64,000 nt of DNA from Chthonomonadales bacterium (GTDB lineage Bacteria; Armatimonadota; Chthonomonadetes; Chthonomonadales; CAJBBX01). Position numbers and translations under genes: made by a program. Under the pieces are notes generated by a model that did no database searches, had not been told where the DNA came from, and saw nothing but the letters and a program-made list of their open reading frames with translations. Shown piece after piece: positions 29,868 through 39,430 of this stretch (position 1 is the stretch's first letter; the number at the start of each line of letters is the position of its first letter). Location of the stretch: assembly GCA_049967475.1 (NCBI GenBank), contig JBMFSQ010000007.1, positions 64,001 through 128,000 on the forward strand. The letters are read 5' to 3'.

Positions 29868-30995
29868 GTGGTGGATATCCAGGAAATCCACGACCACGAT
29901 GGGCTCCAGGCGCTTCGATCCGATTGGGACCGCCTTGCAGATGCATGTGCGCCGGCAACGATCTACCAAACGTGGGAATGGAATGACGCATGGTGGCGCA
30001 CGTTCGGCGGCCAGAAGCACCTACGCCTCCTTGTGGCCCGCGAGGATGCGCGCGTCGTGGGCATTGCTCCCCTTTATGTAAGCCGCCACTACAACACCCC
30101 GCTTCGGCGCCTGGCGTTTCTGGGCACGGGAGTATCCGACTATTTGGACATTCTCGCAGACGCGTCGTCGGCGGACCGCGTGGTGCAAGCGTTTCTGGAT
30201 TACCTGGACGATGCCCAGGGCTTCGATCTGGCGGACCTGCAGCAGGTGTCCCCTCTGAGCTTGGTGTACCGGTATGCCTGTGCCGCCGCAGAACAGCGGA
30301 TACGCAAACACACCCTCTCTGTGCTGGATATGGAACCTTGCCCCTATGTGGCTTTGCCCGCAACCTGGGAGGATTACCAGCGGCAGCTCGGCCGCAAGAT
30401 GCGCTCCAACATCAGCTACTATCCGCGCCTTCTTGCTCGCAGTTATGGCAATGTAGAGCACTTCGTGGCGGGGGAAGAACAGGTGTCCGACGCTCTGGAA
30501 GCCCTCTTCTGCCTTCATCAGGCGCGCTGGAATGCCCGGCTTCTTCCGGGAGTGTTGGGCGGGGGCCGCGTCCGGCAGTTTCACCGTCTTGTCGCCACGC
30601 GGTTTGCCCAGCGGGGATGGCTGCGCCTTCACGTGCTGAAAGTGGATGGCACTTCCATCGCCGCACTCTACTGCTTTAGGTACCGGGATCGGTATTACTA
30701 TTACCTGGGTGGCTTCGCTCCAAACCTGGCACGTTTCAGTCCCGGAACCATCCTCACGGCGGAAGCTATCCGCAGCGCGGTGAACGAGGGCTGCAAAGAG
30801 TTTGATTTTCTTCGCGGCCACGAGGCGTATAAATACAGGTGGACCTCCAGCCATCGTGTCAACCAGCGTGTGCTTCTGTCTCATCCGAGGAGTGCCCGGT
30901 CCCGGGCGCTGCTGACGATCAACCGCATCGAGAGGTCGGTGGAGCGCAAAGCCAAGGCCCTTGTCGAAGCTCGGGGCAGTAGGAGGTCGGGATGA
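29868..30995 (+). CDS. GNAT-family acetyltransferase (CelD/BcsL-like)
   Basis: 'W..L...ATIYQTWEW..AWW', 'SDYLD', 'SPG.IL', 'FDFLRG.E.YKYRW'. Confidence 0.88.
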   Translation: MVDIQEIHDHDGLQALRSDWDRLADACAPATIYQTWEWNDAWWRTFGGQKHLRLLVAREDARVVGIAPLYVSRHYNTPLRRLAFLGTGVSDYLDILADASSADRVVQAFLDYLDDAQGFDLADLQQVSPLSLVYRYACAAAEQRIRKHTLSVLDMEPCPYVALPATWEDYQRQLGRKMRSNISYYPRLLARSYGNVEHFVAGEEQVSDALEALFCLHQARWNARLLPGVLGGGRVRQFHRLVATRFAQRGWLRLHVLKVDGTSIAALYCFRYRDRYYYYLGGFAPNLARFSPGTILTAEAIRSAVNEGCKEFDFLRGHEAYKYRWTSSHRVNQRVLLSHPRSARSRALLTINRIERSVERKAKALVEARGSRRSG

Positions 30996-31384
30996 AGGCG
31001 ATCTTCGTACTCCTTGTACTGGTGTTGTTAGCGGCCACTGCCTACAACATCTGGCAGACGCATGAGATGCGGAGAAGCGTGGATGAGCTCAGGACCCTCG
31101 TGGAGCAGGACCGCGCGCGGGCGGCGGAGAACGACCAGGCGCTTTCGGCGGTAGGGCGGGCGATCTCCCAAGCACAGGATGCCATTGCCCATGCGGACTG
31201 GCGGAATGCCCGTACGGCTCTAGAGCGCGCGGAGACCGGGCTGGAGAACCTGGGACGGACGATTGGGCAGGAAGCGGCGCCGGCGGTGCGCAGGGTGCGC
31301 GAACAGGCTGCCAACCTGCTGCAGCAGGTGCAGGCTCACCTCGGCTCGCAGGATCAGAAACAGGCCGGGCAGGCGGGCCGTTGA
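30992..31384 (+). CDS. Membrane-anchored coiled-coil protein, unknown function
   Basis: ATGA coupling; N-terminal hydrophobic helix, helical body. Confidence 0.7.
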   Translation: MKAIFVLLVLVLLAATAYNIWQTHEMRRSVDELRTLVEQDRARAAENDQALSAVGRAISQAQDAIAHADWRNARTALERAETGLENLGRTIGQEAAPAVRRVREQAANLLQQVQAHLGSQDQKQAGQAGR

Positions 31385-31415
31385 CGGAACCTGCGTCGGT
31401 GTGGGGAGGCGATCA

Positions 31416-32168
31416 ATGACCCGAAGGATCAAGCGATTTCGTTGCCTGGTGGCGTTTGCCGCCTGCGTGGTAATGGCCGGGGCACCTGCAGGATGCGGCA
31501 AGGGCACCGTGTGGTCCACGAAGGATGAGGTGCGCATCGGCCAGGAACTCTCCAAGGAGGTAGAGCATGAATACCGGGTGGAGCACGACACGGCCGATGC
31601 GCGGCGTGTTCAGCGCATCGGAGAGCGGCTGTTGGCCCACTCGGACGAGCGGCCCGGAGTTCCGTACTCGTTTACTGTGCTGGACACCAAGCAGGTGAAT
31701 GCCGTGTCTCTACCGGGCGGGCCCATCTACATTTACCGCGGGCTGCTCGACTTGGTAGGGAGCGACACGGATGCCCTCGCGTGCATCATCGGACATGAAA
31801 TGGGCCACATCAACGGGAGGCATATCGCGCACCAGTACACCAAAGAGTTGGAACTTCAGGGTCTTCTTACGGTGCTCTTGGGAGGCAAGAGTGCATCCGT
31901 CCAGAACCTTGCAGGGCTGGCGGAGGAGCTGCTGACGCTGAAGTTCAGCCGCGACGATGAGTACGAAGCGGATGCGCGAGGGTTATCGTATGCATACAAA
32001 GCGGGGTATGATCCTAACGGGCTCATCCGCTTCTTCCAGAAGCTGGAAGTTTTGGAGAAGCAAGGGGCACGGGAGCCGGAGTTTCTGTTGACGCACCCCC
32101 TTACGCCCGCACGCATCAATCGGGCCCGGAAGATCATCGAAGCCGGTGATTACCGCTTTGGCCATTGA
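31416..32168 (+). CDS. M48-family zinc metallopeptidase (lipoprotein)
   Basis: 'PAGC' lipobox-like site, 'NAVSLPGG', 'HEMGH', 'SRDDEYEAD', 'THP'. Confidence 0.92.
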   Translation: MTRRIKRFRCLVAFAACVVMAGAPAGCGKGTVWSTKDEVRIGQELSKEVEHEYRVEHDTADARRVQRIGERLLAHSDERPGVPYSFTVLDTKQVNAVSLPGGPIYIYRGLLDLVGSDTDALACIIGHEMGHINGRHIAHQYTKELELQGLLTVLLGGKSASVQNLAGLAEELLTLKFSRDDEYEADARGLSYAYKAGYDPNGLIRFFQKLEVLEKQGAREPEFLLTHPLTPARINRARKIIEAGDYRFGH

Positions 32169-32187
32169 CGGGAGGAGTGCACACGCA

Positions 32188-32976
32188 TTGAAGGTAGCTG
32201 CCGTGTTGCCGGCTTATAACGAAGGCACCCGCGTTCTCGATGTGCTGCGATCCGTGATGCGCGCGCCCTCTGTAGACGAAGTGATCGTTGTGAACGACGG
32301 CTCCACCGATCACACGGCCGACGTAATCCGCTCCATCCCCGGGGTTTACCTCGTAGATCTGCCGGTGAACCGAGGTAAAGGCGGGGCCATGACCGCCGGC
32401 GCCCAGGCGACGGATGCCGAGATCCTGTTGTTTCTGGATGCGGATTTGATAGGGCTCAAGGTGGAACATGTCGAGCGCCTCATTGCCCCGGTGAAGTGCG
32501 GCGATTGCAAGATGGCGGTAGGCCGGTTCAAGGGTGGCCGAAGGTTGACGGATTGGTCCCAGAGGCTCGTGCCGAACATCAGCGGGCAGCGCGCCATCCG
32601 GCGGGACATCTTCGAGCAGATACCGAACCTGGCGCACACACGGTACGGAGTGGAGATGGCCATTACGCGTTTCTGCCGGTACTACCGCGTACCCACGGTG
32701 AGCGTTCTCCTGCCGGGTGTAACGCATCCCATGAAGGAAGAGAAGCTGGGCTTCCTGCGGGGGACGATGTCTCGGGCCCGGATGTATTGGCAGATCCTGC
32801 GCATCATGCTGGATCCGAGGCCGCCGCGGCGCGTAGGCTTCCGGCGCGTCGGCCTCATCAACCGTATCGTAGCAAGGCGGAAATTGACCCGCCGCCTGGG
32901 ATCTGCGGACACCTATCCTCGGAACGCATCCTTCCTAAGACAGCGCAATCGCACCGGCCCCAAGCCGGGCGTTTAG
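32188..32976 (+). CDS. Glycosyltransferase family 2
   Basis: 'PAYNE', 'VNDGSTD', 'NRGKG', 'FLDAD', 'SGQRA'; TTG start after GGAGG. Confidence 0.92.
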   Translation: MKVAAVLPAYNEGTRVLDVLRSVMRAPSVDEVIVVNDGSTDHTADVIRSIPGVYLVDLPVNRGKGGAMTAGAQATDAEILLFLDADLIGLKVEHVERLIAPVKCGDCKMAVGRFKGGRRLTDWSQRLVPNISGQRAIRRDIFEQIPNLAHTRYGVEMAITRFCRYYRVPTVSVLLPGVTHPMKEEKLGFLRGTMSRARMYWQILRIMLDPRPPRRVGFRRVGLINRIVARRKLTRRLGSADTYPRNASFLRQRNRTGPKPGV

Positions 32977-33173
32977 AATTGCGGCAAGAAGCGGCGTTCA
33001 TACTTCTCGAGTTCTGCCCGCAACAGCGCCTCGAGTTCCGCATCGCCCTGGGCGCCCGCGCCACGGATCGCACCTTCCAGGATTTCGTATCCCTCCACGA
33101 TGCACTCCTCGGCGGCCATCTTGCGGGCTCTTGCTCCGATCTTGAATGCAATCATCTCCTTAGAGCTAGGCAT
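32973..33173 (-). CDS. Small (66 aa) helical protein, unknown function
   Basis: GAAGGA RBS, ATG at 33173; MPSSKEMIAFKIG...; immediately downstream of the GH42-like gene. Confidence 0.55.
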   Translation of the reverse strand: MPSSKEMIAFKIGARARKMAAEECIVEGYEILEGAIRGAGAQGDAELEALLRAELEKYERRFLPQF

Positions 33174-33189
33174 GGTTCCATTCCTTCGA

Positions 33190-36102
33190 TCAGGCGGCAG
33201 GTTGCGGGCCGGGTTCCGCGTCCGGAGCTGCGCCCTGCGGGACTTCCTGGTGTTTGCGGCTTCTTCCGCGCCCGCCGCGCCGACGGCGCCGACGCTTCTT
33301 CGTGTCGGGTTGTGCCTCCTCAGGCGGCACGGCAGGCGCTTCCGGGTTTGCATCGGCAGGTGCGCTTGCTTCGGGTCGGAGACCTGCTTCGATCACCACA
33401 TCCTGCACCTCCAGCGGACGGGCCCTGCGGGGGCGCATCCTCGGAATTCCAGGGAGGCTGAGGCGCCGCATCTCCTCGATGGTGCCTACATAGAAGATGC
33501 GCGTGCACCCGGCGTGGACCGCCATCTTGTATTCCTTAAGCGCTTCGGCCACCAGCATCTTGTTCGTGACGTCGTAAAGCCCCAGACCATCCGGTACCCA
33601 CAAGGACCGGACGGCATTGCGCGGCGAATGAACCGTTACCCATCCGTGACCCGCCCACACATAGTCTTCATTCGTTTGAAGGTAGCGGTGCACGCCTGCA
33701 TATCGGCAGAGACCTTCCAACAGATCCAGGGAGAGTGTGGGTTCCCCGCAAAAGACGGACTTCCACGTGCCGAGATCCCTTACAGCAACGGAGGGCAGTC
33801 CCGTTTGGGCGTATTCGTAGAGGACGGTAATGCTTGGGTCTTCTTCATCTACGAAGAACGAAGGAGTGATGCGTTCCTGCACGCCGAGCTCGCGTGTGCG
33901 GATGCCTTCAGTGATGGGATGGTGGGGCTGAACCAGAAGCGATCCGACGGGTGAACCCCAAGACTGCGGGCGCAGCGCCATTCCCACGAGATCGTTGGCG
34001 CTCTCTTCGGGCTGGCCGCGGTCTTCGCAGACTCCTATGGCGTAGAGCCACACGAGCGTCTTGCCGCCGTTTTGGAGCTTCTCTTTCACTGCCTGGCGCT
34101 GCTCGGGGGTTATGCGGTAGGGGTTGAGGAATACGTAGAGCCTGGCGTCTGTGGGGAATGCCCGGTGGACGACGTCGCTCTGAAGGTAGAAGCCTACGGA
34201 TGCTCCCAGCTTTTGAAAGAGATCACGCTGTTGGGCGAGGAGGCGCCGCAGAAAGGATGCATCCCGGCGAACGTGCATGAGGCTTCGTTCGGACACGAGG
34301 ACGGCTACTTCGGGGGATTTGGCTTTGCGGTGTTTGAGGAGGTCGGAATAGCGGGAGTGGAAGGCGCCGATGCCGTCCCAGATGTCCGCAGCATCCAGCC
34401 AGCCTTCGCCCCAAAGGTCCATCCATAACACGCCGGTCTGGTGGGCTAGAGCTTTGCCCATGCTGCGGAGTTGGGCGTGGTGGGTGGCCGAGCTGGCCGG
34501 GAGCCGGGGGTTGAAATCATCCAGGGCGCCATTTTGCGGCGCCAAATGGGTTTTGATATCTTCCTCGGACACCCAGAGCTTCCCGTGGATTGCGGCGGCA
34601 TCCACCGGGCCGGGGAAAGAGGCTGCACCGCCGATCTGCCTATCGCGGTAGGAAGGGGGCCCTGCCACGATGTCTATCGCGGGGCAATCCAGGATCTTCT
34701 CTAGAGCAAGGTGGCCCGAGAACGTGTGGTCAAATTCGAAGGTGTATCCGTAGCAGACACTCACGAGGGCGCGATTAGCTGAGGCTTCCTTGGCCGCTTT
34801 CGCCAGAGAGATGATGCGCTGTGCTGTGATGTCGGAGGTGTACTCGAGGAAGTCAATCATGCGCCGCTCGCGTCGTGGAGCCCAAAGGATGTTCAAGCCG
34901 GTGAGGGCTTTAGGCAGTGGAGGGATCTCCGCGGTATGGAACTGCACCTCGCCGTCGAACCATGCAGCGCGCAAGGCTACGACGCTGTTCTTGTACTTAG
35001 CGCGGAGCCATTCCCGGAAGGCTTCCCGATTGGCGAAGGAGAGGTCGAAGCCGGTGTCTACGGGATGGAACCATTCGCCCCGTTCCAGATGGAAGCCGAT
35101 GATGCGGTCTCGGTGTGGTGTATGTTCGAGGTGTTCCACGATGCCGCGGAGGGCATGTTCCGCTTCCAACCAGAAGCGGTCGGAAGCGAGAGAGGGATCT
35201 CCGGTGGTACCGTCTGCATAGTGGATGACCTCATCGGGATATTGCCTGCGCCAGCCGGGCGCCGGCACGAATACGAGGCGGGGTAGCATATAGGCTTCAG
35301 GATCGGCCTCAAAGAACACGGCGAGGCGAGCGTCCAACTCGTCGTATACGGTGTCATCCGGGGGCAGGGGGCATGGAAGCTCGACGAGTGTCGAGAAGAG
35401 GTGCACCCCTGCCTGGGCGGCTCGGCGCACTTGCGAGGCTACGCGGCGGCTTTCCTTGGCGCCATCGGTGTTGCCGAAGAAGAAGATCGGCGCGCGGGCT
35501 AGACCGGCGATGTGCAGCTCGATGAGCCCGCGTCGCGTAACGAGGCGGCATCCGGCCCCATCGGCCGCTTTGGCAGAAGTCGTGCGCCGGACGCGCTTGG
35601 CGGGCCGGGATGCTTCTTCCTCGGTTGGGATGCTCCTACTTTCTGTGTCGGCGCCGACCGCGACGGGAGCGCCGTAGCCATCCGGCAGAGTTTGGCTAGG
35701 GGGCTCTTGGGCGGGCGCTTCCTCGGCAGCAGGGGCGAGGCCGCCTGGTTCGGGCTCTGCAGCTTCCTCGGCAGCGGTTGGCGGATGGGGTTTTGGCGTT
35801 CGCCGGGCGGCGCGGCGCCGTGATGGAGCTCCAGGCTCGGCTGCTGGGGCGCTGGGCGCCGTGTCTCTACTTCCTTCGTCGGCAATTGCGCCGGATTGGG
35901 AAGTTTCTTCTGATGGGGTATGGGATGGTTCGGGTGGGGCAGCCTGGGCGGCCTTGGTTCGCCGTTTGGGCGCCTGGGAAGCAGAGCGGCGACGTGTGGC
36001 TGGGCGAGAGGGGGCAGTGCCACCGTCGCCGCCGGGTGGGGTGTCCTCCGGCAGGGCCGCGGATTGCGCGGCTACTTCCGCCGGGGGCTCATCGTTTTGC
36101 AT
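33190..36102 (-). CDS. GH42/GH-A-like beta-galactosidase-family protein with disordered N- and C-termini
   Basis: 'GEW', 'FREWLRAKY....LRAAW', 'SEED.KTH', trimerisation-like domain; GAGGAG RBS; no signal peptide. Confidence 0.75.
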   Translation of the reverse strand: MQNDEPPAEVAAQSAALPEDTPPGGDGGTAPSRPATRRRSASQAPKRRTKAAQAAPPEPSHTPSEETSQSGAIADEGSRDTAPSAPAAEPGAPSRRRAARRTPKPHPPTAAEEAAEPEPGGLAPAAEEAPAQEPPSQTLPDGYGAPVAVGADTESRSIPTEEEASRPAKRVRRTTSAKAADGAGCRLVTRRGLIELHIAGLARAPIFFFGNTDGAKESRRVASQVRRAAQAGVHLFSTLVELPCPLPPDDTVYDELDARLAVFFEADPEAYMLPRLVFVPAPGWRRQYPDEVIHYADGTTGDPSLASDRFWLEAEHALRGIVEHLEHTPHRDRIIGFHLERGEWFHPVDTGFDLSFANREAFREWLRAKYKNSVVALRAAWFDGEVQFHTAEIPPLPKALTGLNILWAPRRERRMIDFLEYTSDITAQRIISLAKAAKEASANRALVSVCYGYTFEFDHTFSGHLALEKILDCPAIDIVAGPPSYRDRQIGGAASFPGPVDAAAIHGKLWVSEEDIKTHLAPQNGALDDFNPRLPASSATHHAQLRSMGKALAHQTGVLWMDLWGEGWLDAADIWDGIGAFHSRYSDLLKHRKAKSPEVAVLVSERSLMHVRRDASFLRRLLAQQRDLFQKLGASVGFYLQSDVVHRAFPTDARLYVFLNPYRITPEQRQAVKEKLQNGGKTLVWLYAIGVCEDRGQPEESANDLVGMALRPQSWGSPVGSLLVQPHHPITEGIRTRELGVQERITPSFFVDEEDPSITVLYEYAQTGLPSVAVRDLGTWKSVFCGEPTLSLDLLEGLCRYAGVHRYLQTNEDYVWAGHGWVTVHSPRNAVRSLWVPDGLGLYDVTNKMLVAEALKEYKMAVHAGCTRIFYVGTIEEMRRLSLPGIPRMRPRRARPLEVQDVVIEAGLRPEASAPADANPEAPAVPPEEAQPDTKKRRRRRRGGRGRSRKHQEVPQGAAPDAEPGPQPAA

Positions 36103-36260
36103 AAGGTCATCTCCTCATCAAATCGTAACATTGCGGGCATGGCACCGCATACCCCTTCTGAAGGGCGGCCGCCGTAAGTGCGTCCGCTCCGCCTTCCGCG
36201 CCGGCGACGGCGCACGGAACGCGGCGCCCCTCTCCGACGGCCATTCGCTTTTGCGCCTGC

Positions 36261-37322
36261 CTAGCGTCCATCGCGAAGGGGAGGCACCACGGTGATGGTG
36301 ACTTCGGCGCGGTTCCGGCTTGCCACCAGCAGAGGATCGTAGCGGTAGGGTTTGCGCGGATCCCACAAGCCGGCGCGCTCGATGGCGGCTTCCACCTTCT
36401 TGCTGCGGCCGGGTTGGCCGGGTTGGGCGGCGTAGGCCAGGATGCAGAACGTGTGGTCGTTCTTTGGGAAGCGCTTGTCTACCTCGAAATCGCAGCGGAA
36501 GGTGTCTTGGCCGTCTGGATAAAGCTGGTAGATGCGGCCCATGCGGGCGTCTCTAGCAACCACAACCACGGGGGTAGCGGGTTGCGGAGGCAGGGGGAGG
36601 CGCACGGAAAGGACTACACGATCCCCGGGTTGTGCGATGCCGGGCTCGATGCGGGCATCGGCGAAGAGCAGATAAGGTGAGGCTACAGTTGACGGCTGGT
36701 TATCCGATGCGCCACTCAGGCGGGCAGGATCGAACCAGGCACAGAGGCCGCGTGTCTCTTTGCCTCCCACGCGGAACACCTCTTGCTCCATCCAATAGAC
36801 GTGAGCGACGGCGATTGCGTCGTTGCGGCCAGGCGCAGTCACCCGCATGAGCACGGAACCGGGCATCCATAAAGGCTTGGGAGCCGGATGGCCGGACGGC
36901 GCCAAGCTATCCACTACGGATTGAGCCAAGCCGCTTGCAGCGCCCACTCCGAACTTAGCGAGAGGGTCGGACACGGAGGCTGCGGAGGCCGCGGCACGGA
37001 TGCCGTATTTGATGGGGCCTGCGGCTCCGCCGATGAGTCTGCCTACACCGCCCGCCACTTCGTGCAGAAAGCCTCCTCCGTGTTTGGAGGTAAGGTGCAG
37101 GGCTGATCGCGGGATCGCGAGGGTGTAGGTGCCGTCGGCATCGGTACGGGCATAATCCAGCACGTGGCCTTGGTCATCGAAAACGGCCACCGTGGCGTCG
37201 GCGATGGGCTTGTTGGTGTCTTGGCTGATCACGCGCCCTGTGGCCCAAACGAGCTCATCGCCGCAAGCGGGCAGCGCAGCGAGGCAGATCAGAGCGGTGA
37301 GGACGACGAAGCACCGGGGCAT
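36261..37322 (-). CDS. Exported protein with carboxypeptidase-regulatory-like beta-sandwich domain
   Basis: Signal or lipobox 'LPAC', 'GRVISQDTNKPIADATV...TDADGTY', Gly-zipper-like segment. Confidence 0.7.
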   Translation of the reverse strand: MPRCFVVLTALICLAALPACGDELVWATGRVISQDTNKPIADATVAVFDDQGHVLDYARTDADGTYTLAIPRSALHLTSKHGGGFLHEVAGGVGRLIGGAAGPIKYGIRAAASAASVSDPLAKFGVGAASGLAQSVVDSLAPSGHPAPKPLWMPGSVLMRVTAPGRNDAIAVAHVYWMEQEVFRVGGKETRGLCAWFDPARLSGASDNQPSTVASPYLLFADARIEPGIAQPGDRVVLSVRLPLPPQPATPVVVVARDARMGRIYQLYPDGQDTFRCDFEVDKRFPKNDHTFCILAYAAQPGQPGRSKKVEAAIERAGLWDPRKPYRYDPLLVASRNRAEVTITVVPPLRDGR

Positions 37323-37399
37323 GGACCGACACTCCCCCGCGCGGGCTCTCGGTGCGAGGAGGGCTTCGGGTGCCGCGCCCGAAGCCCTCAGCTTCCCGG

Positions 37400-37473
37400 T
37401 AGCGGAGGTGGGACTCGAACCCACGACCTAACGATTATGAGCCGTTCGCTCTGACCGACTGAGCTACTCCGCC
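37400..37473 (-). tRNA. tRNA-Met(CAT), probably elongator; CCA not encoded
   Basis: GGCGGAGTAGCTCAGTCGGTCAGAGCG-AACGG CTCATAA TCGTT-AGGTCGTGGGTTCGAGTCCCACCTCCGCTA; GGC acceptor start and no GGG:CCC anticodon stem. Ile2 not fully excluded. Confidence 0.92.
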
Positions 37474-37547
37474 GGATGGGCCTATCGCGATGCCTGAGCC
37501 CGCTGCGTTCAAGACGCGAAGCGCACGCTAGTAAGCGCCCGTGAACC

Positions 37548-37576
37548 ATTATAGCATATGCTTTGCGGGCTTGCAA
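37548..37576 (-). promoter_or_regulatory. Sigma70 promoter for tRNA-Met
   Basis: Minus strand TTGCAA, 17 nt spacer, TATAAT with extended -10 TG. Confidence 0.8.
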
Positions 37577-37613
37577 TCGGAGGTGTGCGGGCTCGCGAGG
37601 CGGGCAGGGGCTG

Positions 37614-37686
37614 CGCGCTCGGAGGGATTCGAACCCCCGGCCTTCTGATCCGAAGTCAGATGCTCTATCCACTGAGCTACGAGCGC
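37614..37686 (-). tRNA. tRNA-Arg(TCG); CCA not encoded
   Basis: GCGCTCGTAGCTCAGTGGATAGAGCA-TCTGA CTTCGGA TCAGA-AGGCCGGGGGTTCGAATCCCTCCGAGCGCG. Confidence 0.94.
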
Positions 37687-37695
37687 AACGCCCGC

Positions 37696-37725
37696 ATTAT
37701 AACACATCGGCCCCGGCGCGGTCAA
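37696..37725 (-). promoter_or_regulatory. Sigma70 promoter for tRNA-Arg
   Basis: Minus strand TTGACC, 18 nt spacer, TATAAT with extended -10 TG. Confidence 0.78.
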
Positions 37726-37868
37726 AGCGGGGCGGGCCTTCCCCTCTCGCCGGTGGACGCGGGAGGTTGGAGAAGGGCTCAAAAGGTGTATCATATCACG
37801 TGGAAGCGCCGGCCGTCTGCAACGGGTGGGAAAACGGCTCTGGGTGAAGGCCGGCGGGGTCGGCACGC

Positions 37869-39311
37869 ATGGCACACGAAGCTCGTTATGCCAACTACAT
37901 CGGTGGGCGGCGCGCGCCGCCGGCATCGGGCCTCTACCTGATAGATATCAATCCGGCGGATGCGGCTGATGTGATCGGTGAGTTTCCCAATTCGAGCGCA
38001 GACGATGCAGCGCGCGCAGTAGAAGCAGCACAGAGTGCCTTTCGTGCTTGGGCAGGGCTGCCGCCGGGCGCACGCAGCGATTTTCTGCGTAGGGCGGCAG
38101 CCATTCTGGAGCAGCGCGCTACAGAAGTGGCCCGAGACCTCGTACGTGAGCAAGGCAAGCCCCCACGGTATGCGAAGGCGGAAGTCCTTGCGGCGTCGGC
38201 GATCCTTCGGCATTCTGCCGATCTCGGGATGTTGGCGACGGGGCAGGTTTTGCCGCAGTCGGATGGTTCTGCCTTGGCATTCACACAGAGGCTGCCGGTT
38301 GGACCGTGTGCCGTCGTCTCCTCATGGCTGGATCCCATCGCAGGGCCGCTGCGTCAGGCCGCTCCGGCATTGGCTTTGGGCAATACGGTGGTCCTCAACC
38401 CTTCAGAATGGACACCGCAGGCGGCCTGGAACATTCTTCAATGTTTTGAAGAGGCAGGCATTCCTGCGGGCGTATTCAATGTGGTGTTTGGGGAGCCCAC
38501 CATGGCCGGCCGTTCGCTGGGGACCCATGCGGATACGGCTGCAGTTGCTTTTCAAGGTTCCCCGCGGACAGCCGCGGCGATGCTGCAATGGTGTACTGCT
38601 CCGGGACGGAGGCTCCATCTGGAGACGCACGGGTGGAGCGCTTTGTTGGTGGCGGCCGGAGGCGACGTGGAGCGAGCTGCTCGGGATGCCGTGCACGGCG
38701 CCTTCGCCTGTGCCGGACAACGCTGGGACAGGGTAGCATTGGCTTTAGTGCACGCATCGAGGTACCCGGAGTTTCTAGAACGCGTAAAGACGGCGGTGCG
38801 CACACTCGCGGTGGGAATGGGCGACGACGGCCGGGCCGAAGTTGGCCCCCTCATAGGGCGCGAAGCTCGAGATCGCGTGATTGCGTGGATTGCGAAGGCG
38901 CGGCGATCGGGTGCGGAACTCGTGGCTGGGGGAGAGCCCCTCGGGGACGAGCGCTTGGCCAAGGGCTGTTTTATGGCCCCGGCGGTGTTGGCGGCCCGGG
39001 ATTTGGGACACCTGCATCTGGAGCCGGATTTGTTGGGGCCGGCCCTGGTTGTAGCCTCATTCGACGACGCGGATGAGGGGCTTGCTGCGCTAAATGGGCT
39101 CGAAGGATGTCGCGCGGCATCGTTGTACCCGCGCGATGTGGATGGAGCTCTCGCTTTGGCAGACGAAATGCGCTTGCAGTCTGTGGCGATCAACGGGCCG
39201 GCGCGATCCCCCCATTGCGAGCCGAGCTTTTCCTACAGCTTCGATGCCGAGGCCGTGGCCGCTTATACCCGTGTAAGGACGATCTCCTTTGCGGCTCCCG
39301 CGGTGTCGTGA
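37869..39311 (+). CDS. Aldehyde dehydrogenase-fold protein lacking the catalytic Cys
   Basis: 'NYIGG', 'INPA', 'APALALGNTVV.NPSE.TP', 'GVFNVV.G', but 'AGQRW' in place of GQxC. Confidence 0.85.
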   Translation: MAHEARYANYIGGRRAPPASGLYLIDINPADAADVIGEFPNSSADDAARAVEAAQSAFRAWAGLPPGARSDFLRRAAAILEQRATEVARDLVREQGKPPRYAKAEVLAASAILRHSADLGMLATGQVLPQSDGSALAFTQRLPVGPCAVVSSWLDPIAGPLRQAAPALALGNTVVLNPSEWTPQAAWNILQCFEEAGIPAGVFNVVFGEPTMAGRSLGTHADTAAVAFQGSPRTAAAMLQWCTAPGRRLHLETHGWSALLVAAGGDVERAARDAVHGAFACAGQRWDRVALALVHASRYPEFLERVKTAVRTLAVGMGDDGRAEVGPLIGREARDRVIAWIAKARRSGAELVAGGEPLGDERLAKGCFMAPAVLAARDLGHLHLEPDLLGPALVVASFDDADEGLAALNGLEGCRAASLYPRDVDGALALADEMRLQSVAINGPARSPHCEPSFSYSFDAEAVAAYTRVRTISFAAPAVS

Positions 39312-39430
39312 GGAATGATTCCGAAACTGCCGGCAACTCTTGGGGAAGGGGCGCCGTATGGCCAGATAGGGTTCCGTTTCGCGCCTATGGCCTTTGATAC
39401 GCGGGGCGCATCAGGGGTGTTGAAGCAGGG

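Noticed and set aside
37396..37690. tRNAs as an integration site of a genomic island
   Set aside because: No integrase and no duplicated tRNA 3' end seen in the window.
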